DNA of 64,000 bases, taken from the IMG/VR virus record IMGVR_UViG_3300024270_000002; one strand, given 5' to 3'. The notes beneath the pieces were generated by a model that was not told where the DNA came from, did no database searches, and was given only the letters and a program-made list of their open reading frames with translations. Source of the DNA: a virus (lineage: Duplodnaviria; Caudoviricetes). Shown piece after piece: positions 45,816-56,700 of this stretch (position 1 is its first letter; every line of letters begins with the position of its first letter). Position numbers and translations under genes: made by a program.

Positions 45816-45849
45816 AATAATTTATAAGCAGAGGAGATAGATATTAATT

Positions 45850-46077
45850 ATGGCACTTTATAAAGTTTGGCTTACAGTAAAAGATAAATACGGTAACACA
45901 CGAGAACTCGACGGTGGAGATATTAGAATTGATTTTAATAGTCTTACTGATACAGATGTTGATCAAATGGCTAAAAAACTTGACCCATATTTTACGACTG
46001 ACGCAGAAGTAGAACACACAGTTGAAAATAATGATTCTATTAAATACTCTGATTTTAATTTAAGGCCAGAAGCATAA
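45850..46077 (+). CDS. hypothetical structural protein
   Basis: SD GAGGAG; late operon. Confidence 0.65.
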   Translation: MALYKVWLTVKDKYGNTRELDGGDIRIDFNSLTDTDVDQMAKKLDPYFTTDAEVEHTVENNDSIKYSDFNLRPEA

Positions 46078-46096
46078 GAGAGGAGTATTTTGAAAA

Positions 46097-47194
46097 ATGA
46101 TTGATTTTAAAATACAACGTGGCTCATCAGACCTGATTTTTCTAGAGCCCGGTGTAATTAATCCTAGACTAATTATAGAAGATGGCTGTTGGTATCTCTG
46201 CACGGATACAGCTGAGCTCTTCCTTGGTGTGCAGAGTGAAGATGGTTTAACTTTAAAGCGTATTAATGCTGGTAGCCAGACAGACATTACTATTGACCCA
46301 GAAGTCCTGTCAGCACTAAGGGCTGAGCTCAACGCTATAAAAGAAAGTCTCGGTAATTATGCTACAGAGCAGTACGTAATTGATGCTATTGAAAACCATG
46401 AGACCCTGGCTGCTATTGAAGAAGTTAAAACAAAACTTGAAACAGAAGTACTTCCTATCATTCCAACCGTCAAAAAAGTTGAAACTGAGATTATTCCAAC
46501 AGTTCAAGAACTTACTGAAAAGGCTGCAACTCAAGGGTGGGTAGCAGATCAAAAATATTTACAAACTGAAACTTTTAACACGGCTATTGCAACAAAAGCA
46601 GAGGAAGTTCCCTTTACAGCAGACAAATTTGTCACAAAACCTATTGGTGATTTTAATGTCGGTGACAGTGTAAAAGGCCTTACGATAGCTCAAATATTTG
46701 CTAAATTATTAGGACTGTCTGATGAGCCAAGTACAGAGCCTGATATACCAGAACAACCAGGTGATGATGCAACACCTGAAGAAATTGTAGATTATCTAAT
46801 CGCTACTGGCGCTACGATGTATAGTCAGGATGAGCAAGGTAATTTAGTCGAAACTCCTTTTGCTTCTATTGCTTGGACTGAGGCTGAAGCAGCTGCTCAG
46901 ATGAACGGCATAAGTACTATTTATACCATAACCGATGAGTCTGGCGACATTGTAGAGTCTGGCTATCAAGAAGCAACGGATTATAATGAAGAAGCTTGGC
47001 TGACTGTTGCTCTGCCTTCTGAAATTAAAAATGTAAAAGTTAAGATGTATGACCCAGACGTAAATGATTGGGTAGACATGCTTTGGAAAGTCGTTCCGGC
47101 AGAAGAGCAGACAATGGACGGCTATACCATTTGGACAGTACCTGAACAGTACGAGGTTACGTCCGGTGATACATACAGATTCGTAATTATTTAA
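46097..47194 (+). CDS. putative tail-fibre protein
   Basis: FKIQRG...G.WY...DT..LF N-terminus; YATEQYV. Confidence 0.65.
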   Translation: MIDFKIQRGSSDLIFLEPGVINPRLIIEDGCWYLCTDTAELFLGVQSEDGLTLKRINAGSQTDITIDPEVLSALRAELNAIKESLGNYATEQYVIDAIENHETLAAIEEVKTKLETEVLPIIPTVKKVETEIIPTVQELTEKAATQGWVADQKYLQTETFNTAIATKAEEVPFTADKFVTKPIGDFNVGDSVKGLTIAQIFAKLLGLSDEPSTEPDIPEQPGDDATPEEIVDYLIATGATMYSQDEQGNLVETPFASIAWTEAEAAAQMNGISTIYTITDESGDIVESGYQEATDYNEEAWLTVALPSEIKNVKVKMYDPDVNDWVDMLWKVVPAEEQTMDGYTIWTVPEQYEVTSGDTYRFVII

Positions 47195-47213
47195 TGATAG
47201 GAGACAAAGATAA

Positions 47214-49397
47214 ATGGCACGTGTTATAGGCGCAGTAGCAAGAAACACTAACTATGAAATATCAATTAAAAAACCACTTGACGCTAGATCGCTAGTTAAG
47301 ACTTATGAAGACCTTTTACTAGAGTCTAACTGGCTAAATGACGCTGGCAAATCAATTGCATATAATGGCATGCTAGTTGCGGTGGCGAATATTGAAGATG
47401 TTTCAAAAAATGGTTTATATTTCTTATTTGATATAAATTGTACAAGTTCATTAAAAAGTCCAGATGTTACTTCTGAAGTAAACTGGCTTAAGATTGGCGA
47501 GACTTCTGAAATTGGCGACCTTGCTGGCCGTGTTACAGACACTGAGACTGATATAGCTGATATTACAAAGGCAACTGACGGTATTATCGATACCAGAATT
47601 GCTGCTGCTGAAGGCCGCGCAGCTACTGACGCGCAGAATAAGGCGAATGCTGCTGAGAGCGCTGCTAAGACTTACGCAGATGGTCTTAACACTGCAATGG
47701 ATACCCGAGTTGATGCACTCGAAACTGCAAGCGGTGAGCACGCCGAGGCTATCTCAGATCATGCAGACGCGATTGATGGTATTAATGATGCTATTGACGC
47801 TATAAATAACGAGACTAGTGGTATTCTTGCTACTGCTAAGGGCTATACTGATGGTCTTGTAGGTAATGTTCCGGAAGGAAGCACTGTAATGAGTATCATT
47901 ACAAACATTCAGGAGAATGCTTATGATGATACTGAACTAAGAGGACTTGTTTCTACTAATACTACAAATATTGGTCTAAATGCTCAGGCTATTGCTCAGG
48001 AGAAGTCCGATAGAGAAACAGCTGTTGCAGGTGAAGTTTCTGCGAGAGAGACTGCTATCAATGGCATCAACACTAAGATTGGTAATGTTACCGATGGTAA
48101 AAATGTTGTTACTATGATTTCTGAGGCTGAGGCTGCTGCAAAGTCTCATGCAGAATCTAAGGTATCCGAGCTTGCTGCCGGTGCGGTTGCAACTAATACT
48201 GGTGACATTGCTAAAAATAAGCAGGATATCGCAACTCTTCGCTCAGACCTTACTACTGAGACCGGTGCTCGTGAAGCTCTTGACGCACGTGTTGTAACTA
48301 TTGAGACCTTCTTTGAAGGTGCTTATGCTGAAGACGGTAAGCCTTTAACTGATGCTCTTGATACTTTAGAAGAAATTCAAGATTATATTGATAGCCACGG
48401 TGAAGCTGCTGCTAAGATGGTTGAGGACATCCAGGCAAATGCAACCGCTATTGATACTAAGATAGGTGAAAACGGTACTATTACTAAGGCAGTTGCCGCT
48501 AATACTCAGGCTATTTCTGATATGGACACTGCTTATAAGGCTGCTGATACTAAGGTTCGTGAGGACTTTGCAGCTGCTGATAAAGTAATTACTGATGCTA
48601 TCGGTACCGCTGCTGACGGTGCGGATGTTGCAACTGTTTACGGTGCTATTGCTAAGGCAAAGGCTGAGGCTATTTCTGAAGCTAACGGCGAAGTTACCGA
48701 GCTTGGTAAGACTGTTGCCGCTAATACTGAAGCCATCGGCAAAAACGCACAGGATATCTCTGATGTAGACGGACGTGTAGATACTCTTGAGAGCATTACG
48801 AAGAGCTATTTAACTGGTGGCGAAGATGCTATTAAGAAGGCTATTGATGCTGTAAGTGAGCGTGCTGAAAAAGGCATCACTGATGCTAAGAATGCTCAGG
48901 ATGCTGCAGATGCTGCTCAGGGTGATGTAGATGATCTTGCGGCTGTTGTAGGTGATGCTAATAGCGGTCTCGTTCAGCTTGTTAATAGCGTAAAAGTTAC
49001 TGCGGACACTGCTGCTCAGAACCTTGCTGAGCTTACCGGTGACACTGGTAGAATTAAGGCTGTTGAAGGCGAAGTTGATGACATCCAGGCTATCGTTTAT
49101 AAGACTGTTGATGGCACTACCACAAACATTAGAGAAGATGTTACTTCTCTTCAGGCTCTTACCGGCGACGCTTCTAAGGGTAACGTAGCTCTTTACAACG
49201 AGATTACTAGAGTTGCAGGTCTTGTAGAAAATGCCGATACTGGTCTTGCTAAGGTTAAGGAAATTGCTGACGGTGCAGCTTCTCTTGCAAATACAAATGC
49301 AGGTGATATTGCTGACATCAAGGCAGATTATCTCAAGGCTGCTGATGAATACATCTTTAGATGCGGCACAGCTTCTACTGTAGTTCATAACGTATAA
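47214..49397 (+). CDS. long coiled-coil tail-fibre protein
   Basis: PLDARSLV N-terminus; A/D/T-rich heptads; LDTLEEIQDYI. Confidence 0.75.
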   Translation: MARVIGAVARNTNYEISIKKPLDARSLVKTYEDLLLESNWLNDAGKSIAYNGMLVAVANIEDVSKNGLYFLFDINCTSSLKSPDVTSEVNWLKIGETSEIGDLAGRVTDTETDIADITKATDGIIDTRIAAAEGRAATDAQNKANAAESAAKTYADGLNTAMDTRVDALETASGEHAEAISDHADAIDGINDAIDAINNETSGILATAKGYTDGLVGNVPEGSTVMSIITNIQENAYDDTELRGLVSTNTTNIGLNAQAIAQEKSDRETAVAGEVSARETAINGINTKIGNVTDGKNVVTMISEAEAAAKSHAESKVSELAAGAVATNTGDIAKNKQDIATLRSDLTTETGAREALDARVVTIETFFEGAYAEDGKPLTDALDTLEEIQDYIDSHGEAAAKMVEDIQANATAIDTKIGENGTITKAVAANTQAISDMDTAYKAADTKVREDFAAADKVITDAIGTAADGADVATVYGAIAKAKAEAISEANGEVTELGKTVAANTEAIGKNAQDISDVDGRVDTLESITKSYLTGGEDAIKKAIDAVSERAEKGITDAKNAQDAADAAQGDVDDLAAVVGDANSGLVQLVNSVKVTADTAAQNLAELTGDTGRIKAVEGEVDDIQAIVYKTVDGTTTNIREDVTSLQALTGDASKGNVALYNEITRVAGLVENADTGLAKVKEIADGAASLANTNAGDIADIKADYLKAADEYIFRCGTASTVVHNV

Positions 49398-49406
49398 TAA
49401 ATTATT

Positions 49407-49440
49407 CACTGTGATAGTGGTTTAGGCTGCTATCACAGTG
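49407..49440 (+). other. stable intergenic hairpin without U tract
   Basis: CACTGTGATAGTGG...CTGCTATCACAGTG. Confidence 0.7.
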
Positions 49441-49470
49441 CCAAGATATAAAGAAAAGGAATTATTGATT

Positions 49471-50664
49471 ATGGCAACAAAAACACTTAATACAAGAATT
49501 AAAAATAGATTTGACAGTCTTACTAACTGGTCCAAAACTGGAGTAGAGCTGCTTCCTGGTGAAATTGCTCTTGTTAGCGTTACAACTCAGCAGATTGACG
49601 AGACTACTGGCAATGTTGTAAATGTGCCTGCTGTTTTAATGAAGGTCGGTGAGTCTGATGGAAATGGTGGTACAAAAGCTTTTAGTGCTCTTCCTTGGCT
49701 AAGTGCAAAAGCTTCTGATGTTTATGGCTGGGCAAAAAATCAATTTGCAAAAGATGTTCCCGTAACTGTTGCAGACGGAACTACTTATACTACCGGAACA
49801 CTTGGTAAGTATCTTTACGATCACGGTAAAAGTATTGCAGCAAATGCTCAAGATATTTCTGACTTAAAAGTAAGCGTTGACGTTACTAAAGTAAGCACAG
49901 CAATTTCTGACGCAATTTCTGCTGCTGTTAATGCTCTTGATCATACTGGTAATCCTACCGCAGATAAGCATGAGATCGTAAAAGCAGTTACTCAGACAGA
50001 CGGTAAAGTAACGGTTACTTATGGTGAAATTACTAAAGAAGAGCTTCCTAAGCTATATGCTTCTGATATAATTGTGTCCGACGCTGTTGGTACTCCAGAG
50101 ACTGAAGGCTACCAGCCTGCGGTAACAGTAGCCGATAAGTTTGGTCTTGTTGATCAGGAAATTGACTCTTTAAAGAGCTCTGTTTCTGGTGGCGTACACT
50201 TTATTGGTGTAACAACTTCAGAGATCTCTGATGATGCTACTGTTAATCCTGTGATTGTTGATGGTAAGGGTCATAACGCCTCTGCTGGTGATGTTGTTCT
50301 TAAGGACGAGAAAGAATATATTTGGGATGGTTCTAAGTGGAACGAGCTAGGCGATCTTACTCGTGTAGGTACACTTGAATCTTGGCGTGATGGACTTGAC
50401 GCTGAATTTACTAAAGTAGATCATCAATTCGCAGTAGGAATTAAGCAGGTTGATGGCATAATTACTGAATTCGTTACTGCGAGACCTACTGCTGTAGATG
50501 TTCAACGCGGAACAAGCAATGTTGATACTGACCTCGGCGCTGCCGAACAGGCAATTAGCAATATTGAAGCTGACTATATGAGAATTGGTACTGATAATAA
50601 AATGTACGCAGGTAAGTCCGGCGCTGATATGATTATCTTTGATTGCGGCGGTGCAGAAATTTAA
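49471..50664 (+). CDS. tail-fibre protein with Mtd_N-like N-terminus
   Basis: ATG 49471; W....LLPGEIAL...MKVG....FSALPW. Confidence 0.75.
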   Translation: MATKTLNTRIKNRFDSLTNWSKTGVELLPGEIALVSVTTQQIDETTGNVVNVPAVLMKVGESDGNGGTKAFSALPWLSAKASDVYGWAKNQFAKDVPVTVADGTTYTTGTLGKYLYDHGKSIAANAQDISDLKVSVDVTKVSTAISDAISAAVNALDHTGNPTADKHEIVKAVTQTDGKVTVTYGEITKEELPKLYASDIIVSDAVGTPETEGYQPAVTVADKFGLVDQEIDSLKSSVSGGVHFIGVTTSEISDDATVNPVIVDGKGHNASAGDVVLKDEKEYIWDGSKWNELGDLTRVGTLESWRDGLDAEFTKVDHQFAVGIKQVDGIITEFVTARPTAVDVQRGTSNVDTDLGAAEQAISNIEADYMRIGTDNKMYAGKSGADMIIFDCGGAEI

Positions 50665-50682
50665 GCTAATAAAATTTGATAT

Positions 50683-50718
50683 AAAGGGTGACCTATAATG
50701 GTTACCCTTTTTATTTTA
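50683..50718 (+). terminator. intrinsic terminator (loop TATAAT)
   Basis: AAAGGGTGACC-tataat-GGTTACCCTTT plus T tract. Confidence 0.8.
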
Positions 50719-50729
50719 TTAAATCTATT

Positions 50730-50739
50730 TGCTAAATTA
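50730..50739 (+). promoter_or_regulatory. putative late promoter TGCTAAATTA
   Basis: Recurrent motif. Confidence 0.75.
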
Positions 50740-50773
50740 TATGATTATAAAAACTGTAGATTGGAGATAACCT

Positions 50774-53700
50774 ATGGCATACAAAATCACACAACACCGT
50801 AGAGGTACAACTCAAGAGTGGCTTGAGCTTGACTTAGTGCCTTATGAAGGTGAGCTTGTTATAGAAGAATGCGAAGGTAATGTTCGTAAATGTAAGATTG
50901 GCGATGGCAAAAATCCTTTCTCTAAGCTTCCTTATATTACAGACGCGTTAGCAGAAGAGCTTGAATCCGAAATAGGCAATTTACGAGAGCAGACTAACAG
51001 TACCTTAAATACTGCTGTTGATATGCTTGAACAAAAAATAGCTAATTCTAGTACAGCTTTGTCTAATACTATTACAACCTTAGATTCAGATATTAATAAG
51101 AAAGTACAAGTATTAAGTTCTGATATTGAAGAACTTTCTGACAAACTTACTGATATTGACTCAATTGTCCATGACGGCATTAAATCAGATGTAGAAAGCT
51201 TAGATGCGAGATATAGCCAGACATTAACAGAAATAACTGAACAGCATGCAGCTGATGTTGCGACTTTAAGTGCTGACATCGAAACCAGAGCTAATGAATT
51301 AACAGAAGCTTTTGAAACGTCACTTGAGCAGACTGAGGCAAAGATCGAGGCTAATATCGCAGCAACCAAGACGAGCTTAGCAGAAGACTATGCTACCAAA
51401 ATAGAGGTAGCTGAGGAGCGTTTACAGGATGCTATTAATTCTTCTGAGCAGACGGTGCAACAGCATACAAAAGACCTGGGCGATATTCAAGAGTCTATTG
51501 TTGAGCTACAAACTGCTGTGGATAGTAAAAGCACTGAGATAGATGAGAAGGTATCTGCTAGTGAAGAACGTGTTACTATAAGCATTGAAGAAGTACAGGA
51601 AGCTATTAATAAAATTAATTTCACCCTAGAACAGATGCAGGCGAGCAAAGAAGAGATTCTTCCTGATTTTAATATTAATAGTCCAAGTGCCGAAGAAATA
51701 CTTCCTGTTGTAGTAGAGCAGCTCGAGAACCTACATTATAAAGTAAATATGCTGGAGCGTGGGGTATCTACTTCTACCACTGATATTCAAAATATTAATA
51801 TTGAATTAGGACGCTTGGCTACCTCTTTATCGAACGTGCTTGAACAGCACAAAACCAGCTCCGATAGTTTTTCAAAAGCTTTAAGCTCTTTAGACTCAAA
51901 ATTAAGTAAAGCAGACTCTGATATAACGGCGGCAATTGCAGCAAATAAGAAAGAGATACATGAAAACCTAGAAGCTTTAACTGCCAGTGATACTCTTTTA
52001 TATCAAGTTATTTACAAAATCAGAGATGATTTACTTAAGAAGATTGATGCGACGGATTCTTATTTACAAGCAGAGCTCAAGGAAGATATTGCTTTAATTA
52101 CTGAAAGCGTTAATGATTCTAAGCTTAAGCTTGACTCTAAACTGACAGCTGTTCAGTCTGGCTTAGCTGACGGTGTAAATGCTGTAAAAGTAGAGCTAAT
52201 TAAGAAACTTGATAATTTAGAAAAGCTTCACGATACTAGACTCAGCACTAATGAGACATCAATAAATGCCTTAAGTACTATTGTTACATCTAACCAGGCA
52301 GCGTTGTCTAGCGCTATTGAAACTGTCGCAGCTGACGTTGCAAATAATAAAGTTAATATAACAAATAATAGTGCAGAAATTGATCGAGTATATTCTGTGC
52401 TTGATGATAAAATTAATCTGGCTAATTCCAATGTAGATGCTTTAAACACAAAGGTTAACACACAAATTTCCGGTGTTGAAAGTCGTATGCAGACTTTACT
52501 TGCTGCAACAGACCAAATTGTACAGCAGCAGGCAGAGGCTATACATAATATTCAAGACAACATTACTGATCTAGACCAAGAAATAGATGATAGGATAGTT
52601 AATAAAATTTCGGATAGTGTAGCTGAAACTAATACAAACATCTTAGAAATAAGAGCTGCAATTAGTCAGATCAATCTTACACTAGAACTCTTAAAGAATG
52701 AAGTCAATAATAATTCTGGTGGGAATAATAACAACAGCTTATTGCTTCTTGCTGAACAACTTTCAGAATTACAGCATAAAATAACTTTGGTAGAAAGCGA
52801 TGCCTTGGCTACAAATGCCGAAATTCAATTGGTTAAGAATGAGCTTTCTCACCTAATCACTACTTTGACCAGTGACCTGGATGACCTTACTAAGACGACA
52901 GCTATTACAATTAGTTCATTAGATACAAAGCTTAGTAAAGCTGATGCTGATATTCTAGCTGCTTTGGCTACCCACACTGCTAACATAGCAGATGATTTAG
53001 CCGATCTGGCTGCCGACGATACACTTCTCTATCAAATTATCTATAGAATACGCGATGAGTTACTAAGTAAAGTAAGTGCTACTCAAGCTGTTCTACAGAC
53101 TAATATAGACGCCAGTGTAAATAATCTTAACCAAAACATTGTTGATACTAAAGCTGCTTTAGAAGAACAGCTTAGTCAAGCACAAGAAGACTTGACAGGG
53201 GTCCTTACGACGACTGAAAGCAGGCTGGACACAGAGCTTAGTCGAATTAACACTCTTTATAATGCAAAAACTTCCGCAAATAAAAAAGAGATAGATGATT
53301 TACATACCACAGTTGAGACTAACCAGGCAGAACTTTTAGCTGGCTTAGAGACTGTTACTTCCTATATTGCTGATAACAAAACCAGTATAGCTAATAGCAT
53401 GGCCGCGATCAACCAAGTAAATTCAACTCTCGAAGGCAAAGTTGCTCTTATAAATTCAAATATAGATATACTTGATTCTCAGCTTGAGGCACAAGCAAAC
53501 CGCATTGATAGTCTAATTGCTTTTGACTTAAATGATTTTACACTCAAAGAGGGTGAAATAACTAAAGAAGATTTCACAAGGCTGGCTCAAGAAGTTTCAG
53601 ATATTCGTAATGGCTATGACGGTACTACACATGAAAGTGCTCAAGCTGCAGTAAGAGCTATTGGTGATAATTTAGCAGAGCTAGAAAGCAAACTATCACA

Positions 53701-56700
53701 ATATGTTGAAACTCAAGCAGTTGGTGGCTTACGTTATGATGTTGCCGGTGAATACGGCTTAATGCAGCCTTATATGCTCTATTTAGAAACACCTGACGGA
53801 GAAGTTATTCAGGATTCTGGTGTACAGATAATTGGGGGAGCTGGCGGAGGACCCGGTGGTGGCGGAGCAAGTACGCTTAAAATTAACTATGATGAAAGAT
53901 CACCCCAGGAAATTAAAGTTACTCCTTCTAATGAAGTTAAAATATACTTTACGTTTTCTGGTACAGATGCCTCCGGCGACATGATTCGTACAGCTTCAGC
54001 AACTTGGAGAATTGATGGTGTTGTTGTAGAGCGTGGAACAATAAAAAGCGGTGAAAACTACTTTGATGCAACAAAGTATGTTAAAGATGGCACTATAAAG
54101 GTACATTTAACAGTTAATGATGATAACGGTAGCACTGCTACAAAATCTTGGGAAATACAACAGATTAACCTTAAAATAGAGTCAGAGTTTTCTGATAAGA
54201 AGACGTATCCTGTCGGCGAAAGCTTTACTTTCTACTTTAAACCAACTGGAGCTATTAATAAAGTAGCTAGATTTATCTTAGACGGTGACGAACTAGGTGT
54301 AGATATTTCTGTTCCAGATTTTCCAATAGTATTAGATGCGACTAAGTCTGGTGATATTGTATATTGCGATTTGCCCGCAATGAGCCACGGCTCACACCTA
54401 CTTGAAGTTTATTTAGAGGCTGATATTAACGGTACTACTGTTGAGTCTGACCACCTACTTAAAGATATAATCTGCTTTGATACTTCTGATAAAACAAAAC
54501 CGCCGGTAATAGGCACAGTTACTCAGAGCATCATGGGAGCAAAACAGTATTCTACAACTAATATTATCTATACTGTTTATAGTAACGCTACAGATACTCC
54601 TATGGTTGATATTATGGTTGACGGTAGTATTGTTTCTAACGATTATACTGTTATGCCTAATAAAGATTATGGTAATACTCCTACTGCGATATACCCGTAT
54701 GTTGCAACTGACCCAGGTCTGCATGAAGTTAAAATAGTTTGCGAAGGTATTGAGAAAGTAATTGATATCTTTGTTGAAGACCTTGGGCTTAACATTGTTC
54801 CTGTAAAGACTGGCCTGGCTTTTGACTTTAACCCTGCTGGTAAAAATAACGGTGATATATGGAGTGATAAGGGTGTTAGTCTGTCTGTTTCTGATAACTT
54901 TGACTGGACAAATGGCGGTTACTTACCAAATGATCCTAATGGACCTTGCTTCTGTGTTAAAGCCGGTTCAACTGCTACAATTAGCCATAAATTATTTGAA
55001 AAAGAAGCGAAAGAAACTGGAAAAGAATTTAAGCTGGTATTCAAAACTAAAAACGTAGCAAATCCCGATGCAGTATTTTTATCTTGCGTAGATAGTGAGA
55101 CCAGCTCGTCTCGTGTTGGCTTACAAATGGGAGTACATAATGCTACTATTTATGGTAAGAGCGGCAATCTTGAGTTAGCATACTCAGAAGAAGACGTTAT
55201 TGAATTTGAGTTTAATATTTCACAGTATAGTACCGCAGCAGATGCTCTTAACATGGTTATGGGTTATGAAGATGGCGTACCTAGCCGTCCCATGGTATAT
55301 GATGATTCTTATAGCTTTAAACAGGATTCCGCAAACGTTAAACCGATAACTATAGGTTCTCCAGACTGTGATGTATATATTTATAGACTTAAAGTTTATA
55401 ACATTTCACTGTCTACCGCTGATATTTTAAATAACTTTATTGCCGATGCAAGAACCGCTGAGGAAATGGTTGATAGATACACTAGAAACCAGATATATGA
55501 CGAAAATAGAAAGCTAACCCCAGAAGCTCTTGCTGCAAAGTGTCCTTGGCTGCGAGTTATTAAGGTATCTGCACCTAAGTTTACTTCTAGTAAAAAAGAT
55601 GATATTGCTAAAACAACTATTCAGCAGATTTATGGTCAGGGTAGACCTTCTGATAACTGGGTGGCTTACGATGCAGTTCATAGCGGTCAAGGAACAAGCT
55701 CAGATAACTACGGTGCCGCTGGAAGAAACTTAGATTTAAAGGTGCGTATAGTTAAGGACAAAAATGGAAATCCAATAAATACTAATCCCTATTTCCTATA
55801 CACAGATGAACAGGGTGAAGATAAAATTGTTCAAAAAGTTTCTTTAACAGACACATCGATCCCAGTAGATTACTTTAACATAAAAGTTAATATTGCATCT
55901 TCTAATAACTTAACCAATGCTATTATTGCTAAACGTTATAACGAATTTAACCCTTATAAGAGGCCATATGTTCGTGACGATGAATCTATAATTCCTTATT
56001 TAAAGGATACAATGGAATTCTATAACTGTGTGGTATTTATTCAAGAGACTGACCCTGATGTTACTACCCATAGAGAGTTTGCTGATAATGACTGGCACTT
56101 CTATGCAATAGGTAACATCGGTGACTCCAAGAAGACGGATAAAACCAGATTAACTGACCCCAGCGATAAGTACGAATGTTGTGTTGAAATTATGGACGTA
56201 GGGTTACCCCTATCTGGTTTCCCATGTGATACTATGATAGATGCCATGGGCTATACTATAGATGAAGAGACTAATGAACAAATTTATACTTGGGCGAAAG
56301 ATGAGCATTTAGGTATCTTATTTGAGCGAGAGTATTCATTAACAGCTGACCCAGAAGTTAACTTAAATAAGACATACTACATAGAAGTTGACGGTAAAAT
56401 GGTTAATGCGATGGAGTATGTTATTACGGAAGTAAGGGATTACATTTGGGCTAAAAATGAAAATCTTGCTTTATTATATGAGCTTATCGATGGTGAATAT
56501 ATAAAAACTGAAGACACCGAAGTTGATTTAGAAAAAGTTTACTATATAGAGGTCGAGGAAAAAGATGCTGACGGTAATGTAACTGGTACGGTATTTTCTG
56601 ATGCTATGGGTTATACTACTAAAGAAGTAAAAACCTATACATATGCGAAGAATGAAAATCTTGACCGACTCTATGAAGTAACTTACTTTAAAACTAATGA

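Noticed and set aside
46699-46708. TGCTAAATTA inside CDS 46097
   Set aside because: It encodes FAKL and is about 500 nt from the next start; likely chance, though an internal promoter is not excluded
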